Shown here: piece by piece, positions 45,483 to 52,708 of the stretch
How positions within the stretch are numbered: position 1 is the first letter of the stretch
Layout: each line of letters starts with the position of its first letter
Source of the DNA: Candidatus Staskawiczbacteria bacterium
Lineage (GTDB): Bacteria; Patescibacteriota; Minisyncoccia; Minisyncoccales; Staskawiczbacteraceae
NCBI GenBank assembly: GCA_041661545.1
Contig: JBAZUH010000001.1
Span: 147,877-211,876 of the forward strand
Direction of reading: 5' to 3'
DNA: 64,000 bases
Notes under the pieces: model-generated
What the model was told of the DNA's origin: nothing
Seen by the model: the letters and a program-made list of their open reading frames with translations, nothing else
Database searches by the model: none
Position numbers and translations under genes: made by a program

Positions 45483-45513
45483 GCCGCGTTTCCCAAAGCG
45501 TGGCTCTTTTTTT
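45483..45513 (+). terminator. intrinsic terminator after I6 gene a
   Basis: GCCGCG-TTTCCCAAAG-CGTGGC (one G.U), then TC + 7 T. Confidence 0.6.
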
Positions 45514-45593
45514 GACTTTATTGATTTTGTGTTGTAAGTTATACATACTACAACATTGTGTTGTGGCGTTCATTTACAAGTAGAACAACAACT

Positions 45594-46226
45594 ATGAAAA
45601 CACGATATTTACTGATTGGCTTTGTATGCGCATTGGCGCTTGGCTGTCAAAAGCCTGAAAATACTTCGGCAAAAACGGAAAATGTATGGGGTAAATTTGC
45701 AAAGAGCGTTCTTGCAGCCGGGAAGGCCAAAGACGCCGACACATTCGTCAACAAGCTGAGCATGTCCAGCGTTGCCGACCTCGACGCTCTGCTTGAGGAG
45801 CTGAAAAAAGCTAACCCCGAAGTTGAATTTGAGGAGAACGCGGAAAGACCCACGGACGCCGAGATCCGCAAAGAAGCAGAGGCAAACGTGCGCCTCTTCA
45901 TGAACTCGTACGCGGACGTGTTTGACGGCGGCGGTGAGCTTTTTAGTGTTATAACCGCTCAATTCCCCGAGACAAGGGGCACAAACATTTACTCCTTGAT
46001 CATTTGGGCAAAACAAAGCGACGGAAAATTTCGGGGCATCAAGGTCGACAGCGTCTGGAAGAAAGACGACGGCACCATTAAGGTTATGACGTGGACGCAA
46101 CTTAGTGGCTACGAAGCCAGCAAGGGCGCCATCTCAAAAAAGGCCATTCTGGAACGTGACACTGCCGAGGCTTGTAATTACCCAGAGTGGATACAATATA
46201 AAACTGTTTTCACTGACCCAAACTAG
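45594..46226 (+). CDS. putative lipoprotein (cassette I6, gene b)
   Basis: From ATG 45594: MKTRYLLIGFVCALALGC is a lipoprotein-type signal with a lipobox-like LALGC. 210-aa GC-rich ORF; no family recognised. Confidence 0.55.
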   Translation: MKTRYLLIGFVCALALGCQKPENTSAKTENVWGKFAKSVLAAGKAKDADTFVNKLSMSSVADLDALLEELKKANPEVEFEENAERPTDAEIRKEAEANVRLFMNSYADVFDGGGELFSVITAQFPETRGTNIYSLIIWAKQSDGKFRGIKVDSVWKKDDGTIKVMTWTQLSGYEASKGAISKKAILERDTAEACNYPEWIQYKTVFTDPN

Positions 46227-46270
46227 GCGAGCAACTGCTCATTAATAGATGATAATAGGAAAACAAAAAA

Positions 46271-46534
46271 ATGTCACAGTACGTTTTTCCAGTTAGTGAG
46301 GGTGTGGAATGTTTAGTGGGGTGGGATGAGTCCATGCAAACATTCTTCGGCCAAATTTACAGGGTTGATAAAGACGGCGAGCGAGTGGATGCTGAGGAAG
46401 ATGGCACCATTTTATGGGTAGGTCGTCGCCACAATGAAATTAAGTCGGTTTATGTGCTGGCAACGCAACTTAGGCCAAGAGCCGAAATACCATCCAAAAT
46501 ATACGGGGCATTGTTCAAAACTGAGGTCGACTGA
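46271..46534 (+). CDS. 87-aa hypothetical protein (cassette I6, gene c)
   Basis: GC-rich ORF (..LVGWDESMQTFFGQIY..WVGRRHNEI..); resembles small proteins I associate with phage/plasmid hypotheticals, but this is unverified. Confidence 0.5.
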   Translation: MSQYVFPVSEGVECLVGWDESMQTFFGQIYRVDKDGERVDAEEDGTILWVGRRHNEIKSVYVLATQLRPRAEIPSKIYGALFKTEVD

Positions 46535-46555
46535 GATTCCAATTCAGTTGACAAG

Positions 46556-46582
46556 ACCGCGAGTCATCGTGGTTCTTTTTTT
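46556..46582 (+). terminator. intrinsic terminator ending cassette I6
   Basis: ACCGCGA-GTCA-TCGTGGT (one G.U), then TC + 7 T. Confidence 0.65.
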
Positions 46583-46614
46583 ATTTAAAAATTTTTCAGC
46601 GCTAGTATTATTCT

Positions 46615-46624
46615 ATTGTGCGAC
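46615..46624 (+). repeat. ATTGTGCGAC polar motif copy 7 (last + strand copy)
   Basis: Exact 10-mer in the convergent intergenic gap; sits in the loop of TATTCT...AGAATA. Confidence 0.9.
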
Positions 46625-46674
46625 AGAGAATATTCATATAACCGACTAAATTGGTCGGTTATGGTGTTGTGAAA

Positions 46675-47646
46675 TTATTTTTTGTCGGGGTCGCTGTGAT
46701 ATTGATGATGGATGTCGCGGAGGCGTTTGTTGGTGACGTGCGTGTAAATTTGAGTTGTTGCAATATTTGAGTGGCCGAGGAATTCTTGAATGGAACGAAG
46801 GTCAACTCCTTGATTCATTAAATCTGTTGCATAACTGTGGCGTAAAGTGTGGGGAGTTGTGAAAACTGGCACCCCAGAAAGTAAAGCATATTTTTTAACC
46901 ATTCTTTCGATTGAACGTGAAGTTAGGCGGGCATCGGTATTATCTTTTTTATCGCGAAAATTTATAAACAAAGCTTTTTGATTGGCGTGCGAAACATTAT
47001 TTCTTATTTCTAAATATTTTTTAATGTATTCTAACGCACGTTCTGAAAAATAAACTACACGGGGTTTGCCACCTTTTCCAATAACGCCCAACTCGATATC
47101 TTTTTTATTTTTTATACTATTAAATTGCTCAAGATTTAAAGATATTAATTCGGCAATTCTAAGCCCGGTTGAAAAAAAGCTCTCTAAAATAGCACGATCT
47201 CTGATGCTTATATCATCTTTTGGCTCTATAGATGACAAAAGCTTGCCAATTTGTTCTAAGGTAAGGAATTTGATACTTTTTAGGCCCCTATCAGCCTTTG
47301 CAAGGGCTATTTTGTCTGGGGGTAGGGAAACTATGTCTTTTGCCACAAAGTAGCCTAAAAGGGCTCTTAGGGCTATTAAATAGTAGTTTTGGGTGCCTTT
47401 TGATAGTAATTTACCTGTAGCTGGGCTTGGAGTGCGAGATAGGTATAAACGGTATGCCCAAATATGTTCAGAGGTCAATTGGTGGGGGAGAATAGAGCTA
47501 TTTTTGCTGGTATCTAACCATACAAAAAACTTTTCTAAATAATTTTTATAATTTTCCTGAGTATTTTTTCTTAAACCTTTTTCAACTTCACAAAAATCTA
47601 AAAAATCTTGCAAATGTTGTTTAATTGATTTGTTTGAATTTTTCAT
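46675..47646 (-). CDS. xerC: tyrosine recombinase XerC/XerD family
   Basis: 323 aa; SAM-like N-domain; catalytic R...HxxR...Y (GLRIAEL, HTLRHSYATDL, GHSNIATTQIYTHV). Promoter TTGACC, 16-nt spacer, TATTAT on the - strand at about 47713-47740. Confidence 0.9.
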   Translation of the reverse strand: MKNSNKSIKQHLQDFLDFCEVEKGLRKNTQENYKNYLEKFFVWLDTSKNSSILPHQLTSEHIWAYRLYLSRTPSPATGKLLSKGTQNYYLIALRALLGYFVAKDIVSLPPDKIALAKADRGLKSIKFLTLEQIGKLLSSIEPKDDISIRDRAILESFFSTGLRIAELISLNLEQFNSIKNKKDIELGVIGKGGKPRVVYFSERALEYIKKYLEIRNNVSHANQKALFINFRDKKDNTDARLTSRSIERMVKKYALLSGVPVFTTPHTLRHSYATDLMNQGVDLRSIQEFLGHSNIATTQIYTHVTNKRLRDIHHQYHSDPDKK

Positions 47647-47771
47647 TGTTTTAGAAGTGGCCCTTTATATAACGCCTCTTTACCTACATTTTGCGACGTA
47701 GCCTCTATCTCTATAATACACCTCCCTGGGCCCAGGTCAACCCAAAAAGACGACCTAGACATCAACTTATT

Positions 47772-48140
47772 TTAAGGCGTTGTAACAGCCGGACAATTTT
47801 GCGGAGTTCCCGGTTTAATAATGCTATCTACTATTCCAGAAAAATAATTTTTTGTTTTTTCTAAAATATTTTCTGGATTATTTTTTTCTGCTTGTGCAGA
47901 TAAATTTTGTTCAACATCGTTTTTAATTGTCTCTCCCCCATTTTCAACCCCTCCAGTCACTTTTGAGATGATGTTTGCATCAACCCATTCAGATCCTTTT
48001 GATATTTGGGCCTGTGCACTGTTAGTTGCTGCTGACACCAAGTTTTCACCAACATTTTTAAAATATATTTGTTGGCTTAAAAAAACAAAAACTAAAATAG
48101 TAATTATTGCAACCATAGAAAATATAAATCCTTTTTTCAT
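47772..48140 (-). CDS. secreted/membrane-anchored hypothetical protein
   Basis: 122 aa; N-terminal TM (IFSMVAIITILVFVFL); no family. Confidence 0.45.
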   Translation of the reverse strand: MKKGFIFSMVAIITILVFVFLSQQIYFKNVGENLVSAATNSAQAQISKGSEWVDANIISKVTGGVENGGETIKNDVEQNLSAQAEKNNPENILEKTKNYFSGIVDSIIKPGTPQNCPAVTTP

Positions 48141-48213
48141 AAGTTTATGTAATTAATGTAGCGTAGCGATATATTTTATTTTTGTTTTTTAAATATTTTA
48201 AAATTGTATTTGT

Positions 48214-48223
48214 GTCGCACAAT
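48214..48223 (-). repeat. ATTGTGCGAC polar motif copy 8 (first - strand copy)
   Basis: Exact reverse complement GTCGCACAAT; 6 nt downstream of the gltX stop, in the sense orientation of gltX. Confidence 0.9.
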
Positions 48224-48228
48224 AGTTT

Positions 48229-49728
48229 TTAAGCCAATAGCTTAATTGCGTTTTCAATGCGTTTTAGGGTTTTTTCTTTGCCCAGAATATTAGCTATTTC
48301 AAACGGGCTGGGAGACATATTTTTGCCAGAAAGTGCTACGCGCAATGGCCACAATAAATACCCTTTATTTTTTTCTGGATAGCCTTTTTCTAAATTAAAT
48401 TTTTCTGATGCAGAAAACATTTCTGTTTCCATTTGTTTTATATCCCATTTTTTTATTTCCGATAATATTTTTTCTGCCATCATTAAGGCCTCTTTTACCT
48501 CGTTATCCCCCATCTTCTGCCATCTTAATAATTCTTTATCAAATTGTAATTTATCTTTAAAAAAGAAATCTGAAAGCTCAACTATATCTGATAATTTTTT
48601 CATTCTGGTTTTAGAAATCTCTACAACCTCTTGTAGTTTGCTTTGAGTCATTTGGCCAATTACTAAAAGCCCCGCTTCCTTTAAATATGGCATGCATAAT
48701 TCTGTTAATTTTTCTATTGGTTTTTCGCGAATATAAAAACCGTTTAAAAAATCTAGTCTTTGAATATTAAAAACAGCTCCAGCTTTTTGAACTTTTTCTA
48801 TAGAAAATTCTTTAGCCAGTTGAGATAATGTAAAAATTTCTTTTTCTGTTCCGGGGTTCCAGCCCAATAAAACCATAAAGTTTATTATTGCTTCTGGCAA
48901 ATAACCGTGTTTGTGGTAGTCAGATAAGGCTACATCGCCTTGTCTTTTAGAAAGTTTGCTTCTATCTGCATTTAACATTAATGGTAAATGAGCATATATA
49001 GGCTGATAAAAATCAAGGGCTCTTTGCAATAATATATGACGAGGAGTATTGGGTAAATGTTCTTCTCCTCTAATTACGTGACTAATTTTCATTAAATAAT
49101 CATCTACAACTACTACAAAGTGGTACAGCGGAGTTGTTAAATTTTTTGCAATAACAATATCCCCCAGCAATCCTGCGTCAAACTCTACGTCTCCACGAAT
49201 TAAATCATTAAATTTAATTTTTTTATTTTCTATTTTAAATCTTATTACTGATTGTTGTTTGTTATTTATTTTTTTCTGGATTTCATCATCAGATAAATGT
49301 GCGCAGGTGCCGTCATATTTAGGGGCTAATCCCCTATCCATTTGTTCTTGTCTTTTATCTTCTAATTCTTCTTCTGTACAAAAACAATAATATGCTTTTT
49401 TTTCTTCTAAAAGTTGTTTTAAATATTTTTCATAAATATCTAGTCTTTGCGATTGTTTGTATGGGCCAAATTCCCCACCAATATCTGGACCTTCATCCCA
49501 CTGAATTCCCAACCATTTTAATTCTTCAATAATTTCTTCTGTCCATTTTTGTTCGCTTCGTTGAATGTCTGTATCTTCAATACGCAAAATAAATTTGCCT
49601 TTATTTTTTTTAGCAAATAAATAATTAAACAAAGCTGTTCGGCTACCACCTACATGTAGTGGACCTGTTGGAGACGGCGCAAACCTCACCCTTATTTTTT
49701 TTATTTCCTCTATTTTTTCTTTTTTCAT
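48229..49728 (-). CDS. gltX: glutamate--tRNA ligase
   Basis: 499 aa; RFAPSPTGPLHVGGSRTALFNY (HIGH-type), KLSKR (KMSKS-type). Confidence 0.95.
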   Translation of the reverse strand: MKKEKIEEIKKIRVRFAPSPTGPLHVGGSRTALFNYLFAKKNKGKFILRIEDTDIQRSEQKWTEEIIEELKWLGIQWDEGPDIGGEFGPYKQSQRLDIYEKYLKQLLEEKKAYYCFCTEEELEDKRQEQMDRGLAPKYDGTCAHLSDDEIQKKINNKQQSVIRFKIENKKIKFNDLIRGDVEFDAGLLGDIVIAKNLTTPLYHFVVVVDDYLMKISHVIRGEEHLPNTPRHILLQRALDFYQPIYAHLPLMLNADRSKLSKRQGDVALSDYHKHGYLPEAIINFMVLLGWNPGTEKEIFTLSQLAKEFSIEKVQKAGAVFNIQRLDFLNGFYIREKPIEKLTELCMPYLKEAGLLVIGQMTQSKLQEVVEISKTRMKKLSDIVELSDFFFKDKLQFDKELLRWQKMGDNEVKEALMMAEKILSEIKKWDIKQMETEMFSASEKFNLEKGYPEKNKGYLLWPLRVALSGKNMSPSPFEIANILGKEKTLKRIENAIKLLA

Positions 49729-49783
49729 ATAGATTTTAATTTATTTAAATCAATGCCCTTCTTTCAGGTTGTCGTACGACAAC

Positions 49784-51571
49784 CTAGGCTACTTCTTGTT
49801 GGTAACATTTTTCACAGTACACAATTTCTGGCCGGTCGGGTGCATAGGAGGTTTCAAATTCATTGATACATCCAGTATCTCCATGAAAGTGTTCTGTTTG
49901 ATTTTGATACACTCCATTTTCAGATTTTTTACCAGCACAAGCACACTTTTTATGCCACAACTTCATTGGGCTTTGTTTTTTTACGCGCCTTACATGTCTA
50001 CAATTATGGCATAAACGTGGAATGGGAAGATTGTTTGTTCTATAAAAATCAAGTTCTTGTTTTGTTATTTTAAAAGCCGTCGTGCACCTATCAGCACAGT
50101 GCCCTCCATGAGCGCACCCAATTGTTTCATTCATAATTTCATCTGTTATATCTTTGATGTGATCAGAAATTGATTCTGAGTTGAGGGTAATTTTATAACT
50201 TTTTTCCTCAGGTTCTTCCCAGCGATAACCCTCGGCGAGTGCCTCTTCTTTTGTTAAAGGAAAGTCATTAAAGGCTAAAGATTCATTATAAGAGAAAAGT
50301 GAAAGCTCGGGCGGAAAAAATTCACCATATTTATATACCCTTCCCTTTTTATCTATATAGGGCATATCATTCATATGTTGGATGATTTTAGGAATAAGAA
50401 TCTCATACTCTTCTTTTGAATATTGCTTATTAAAAATACAGTATTGTTTTTTCTGTAAGCCAACACAACCAAATAAATTATTTCCTGTATAGCATTGCAT
50501 GCAATACGTGCAATTATGGGCACTACGCGAAGTTCGATAACAAAATTTAATTTGTGAACAATTTTCTCCACAACTTGATACTTCATAAATTAATTCTGAA
50601 TTTTCTCCCCAAAGCGAAAAATCCATGGAGTCTTTTGTAGAAGGAGTTATTAAATATTGTACATACCTACAATCTTCAGCGCTTTGCACGTAATAAGAAT
50701 CTTTTACATTTTTAGAATTATTGATATATTCGCCCGAAACATTAAAGTTGTGTTTTCCGTGCACAGAACGAACAATATTTTTAGAAAAGAATTCTTCTGC
50801 CTGCAAGGTAAATTCTTCTAAATTTTTAAAGGACCCAAAATCAAGTTCTAATAATTTCTTCTTATAATTTTCTTTCGTATATGGTTGGTTAAAAATATAA
50901 TATTGTTTGTTGTGCAGATTGACACAGCCCACACAATTCATGCACCCTTGAAGATCTTTAGAAAACCAAACGTCAACGCAGTCTTCACAATCACGCGAAA
51001 AAAATGTTTTATATGACTTAATAAGACCAAAAGATTCATAGCATTGGTCAGAAGACTCTAATCTTGTTACATCTATAGAATTTTTAGTGTTGTTAATCCA
51101 TGAGCTGTACATACAATCTTCACAGGTAGTTGCTACAAAAACTAAATAACAATTTTTAAGATTATTGCATCCAGTACAATATTCGCTATTCACCACCCCC
51201 CACATTGTTTGACTAAGTTGAGGAACTTTAATTGATAATTCTCTAAGTTGTTCAAAGAACGGTTTGGAAAAATCATATTCTTGCCCATATTCCATAGGGT
51301 CCCATTTATCAGACTGCCATATATCTCGTTCATATACTTTGTATGGCGCTTCTTTTGGAAATATAGAAAATATATTTTCTCCGCTCCAATCGCTTTTTCT
51401 TTTATATAAAACTCGAAAATCTCGAGCAGCAAGTCTGCGCACAACTCGACAAGTTGGGCAAAATGTTGGTGGAGGTACTTTGATTTTTTCGTAAAACGCA
51501 AAATCATCGGGCTCTATAATAAAGTCGTGTTTACAATTTTGACATTGTCGATTTTCTGAATTCATGATCAT
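49784..51571 (-). CDS. 595-aa cysteine-rich multi-zinc-ribbon-like protein, unknown function
   Basis: About 50 Cys in CxxC/CxxxC arrays. A related motif occurs at both termini (CxxC..F.I...D..FY....P.P..C..CR..RR). Repeated C..C.GC..L..KQY.IFN..Y.KE.Y units. Confidence 0.6.
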   Translation of the reverse strand: MIMNSENRQCQNCKHDFIIEPDDFAFYEKIKVPPPTFCPTCRVVRRLAARDFRVLYKRKSDWSGENIFSIFPKEAPYKVYERDIWQSDKWDPMEYGQEYDFSKPFFEQLRELSIKVPQLSQTMWGVVNSEYCTGCNNLKNCYLVFVATTCEDCMYSSWINNTKNSIDVTRLESSDQCYESFGLIKSYKTFFSRDCEDCVDVWFSKDLQGCMNCVGCVNLHNKQYYIFNQPYTKENYKKKLLELDFGSFKNLEEFTLQAEEFFSKNIVRSVHGKHNFNVSGEYINNSKNVKDSYYVQSAEDCRYVQYLITPSTKDSMDFSLWGENSELIYEVSSCGENCSQIKFCYRTSRSAHNCTYCMQCYTGNNLFGCVGLQKKQYCIFNKQYSKEEYEILIPKIIQHMNDMPYIDKKGRVYKYGEFFPPELSLFSYNESLAFNDFPLTKEEALAEGYRWEEPEEKSYKITLNSESISDHIKDITDEIMNETIGCAHGGHCADRCTTAFKITKQELDFYRTNNLPIPRLCHNCRHVRRVKKQSPMKLWHKKCACAGKKSENGVYQNQTEHFHGDTGCINEFETSYAPDRPEIVYCEKCYQQEVA

Positions 51572-51589
51572 GTTTCAAGCCCTAGAAAT

Positions 51590-52708
51590 TTATTCTAGCA
51601 TTAAAAATTCTAATATTTCTCTGGCAATGGCGCGGGCGGCTAATGGTTTGGCAAAATCTAGGGCAGATTGCTTCATTTGTTCTAATTTTTCTGGATGTAA
51701 AAATAGTAATTTAACATTTTCCATAAAAAAATTAGGCGTTAAATTTTCTTCTTCTATTACCATGCAGGCATTATTTTGCATATATGCATAAGCATTTTTT
51801 GATTGATGGCTTCCGCCAGACGTGCTTGGCAAAGGAATTAATATGCTTGGTTTGCCAGATGCTGAAATTTCAAACACCGAGCCAGACCCAGAGCGAGAAA
51901 TTATTAAGTCGGCTGCTTTATAGGCGTGTTTTATTTTTTCTTCGTTTAAAAATCCTATTGGATGATAATATCTGTCTAAATCTTTGTCTTCCATAACCTG
52001 AGCTTCAGCGGATATTTCTTTAACATTTTGAGTGCCAGTAACATGTATAACCTCGTAGTCTTTTAATAACTCATTTATAATTCTTAGTATAAAATCATTT
52101 ATTGTTTCAGCACCTTGAGAGCCACCAATTACCAAAAATACTGGTTTAGAAAGTGTTAAGTTAAAAATCTCTACAGCCTTGTCTTTGCTACCCTCTAAAA
52201 CCTCTTTTCTTATTGGATTTCCTATTAGTGTAGTTTTTTTGGGATCAAAATATTCAGTTTTAGGAAAAGAAATAAAAACCTTCTTTGCCCATTTAGCTGT
52301 TACGCGGTTAGATAGGCCTGGTGATACATCTGACTCGTGCAAAAATACTGGAATTCTTAAAATTCTAGCAGAAATAGTTACTGCTACAGAGCCTTCGCCA
52401 CCTTTACTAAAAACTAAATCGGGTTGCATTGTTAAAAGAAAAAAGAAACTTTGCAATATGCCAAATGGTATTTTGAATAAAATATCAATAATATTTTGCC
52501 ATGAAAAATATCTTCTAATTTTTCCAGAAACAATTGTTTTTATTATAAAATCTTCTTGAGCAAGAGAAATTAAACTAAACTCGTCTTTAGGACCAATATA
52601 ATAAAATTTTAAATCCTTTTTAGGATAAATTCTTCTTATTTCTCTAACAATGGCAATTATTGGGAATATATGTCCTCCAGAACCGCCACCTGTAAATAAT
52701 ATTTTCAT
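51590..52708 (-). CDS. murG: UDP-GlcNAc:lipid I GlcNAc transferase MurG
   Basis: 372 aa; GGGSGGHIFP, GGSQGA, two-Rossmann GT28 layout. Confidence 0.9.
   Translation of the reverse strand: MKILFTGGGSGGHIFPIIAIVREIRRIYPKKDLKFYYIGPKDEFSLISLAQEDFIIKTIVSGKIRRYFSWQNIIDILFKIPFGILQSFFFLLTMQPDLVFSKGGEGSVAVTISARILRIPVFLHESDVSPGLSNRVTAKWAKKVFISFPKTEYFDPKKTTLIGNPIRKEVLEGSKDKAVEIFNLTLSKPVFLVIGGSQGAETINDFILRIINELLKDYEVIHVTGTQNVKEISAEAQVMEDKDLDRYYHPIGFLNEEKIKHAYKAADLIISRSGSGSVFEISASGKPSILIPLPSTSGGSHQSKNAYAYMQNNACMVIEEENLTPNFFMENVKLLFLHPEKLEQMKQSALDFAKPLAARAIAREILEFLMLE

Noticed and set aside
45112-46649. Long antisense or alternative-frame ORFs in cassette I6 (45172-45414 -, 45188-45460 -, 45609-46100 -, 45647-45901 -, 46434-46649 +), plus the N-terminal extensions 45112-45225 and 45558-45593
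   Set aside because: These are shadow ORFs. The extensions run across the ANTAR leader/terminator or a promoter. The internal ATGs with an SD or a lipoprotein signal are the plausible starts.
46625-48213. Search for a dif-like XerC/D site (11-6-11, ..ATAA-N6-TTATGT..) in the convergent region. Partial resemblances seen at 46618-46645 and 48143-48170.
   Set aside because: Matches to known dif consensus sequences were only about 5-8 of 11 per arm and lacked dyad symmetry, so this cannot be called by eye.
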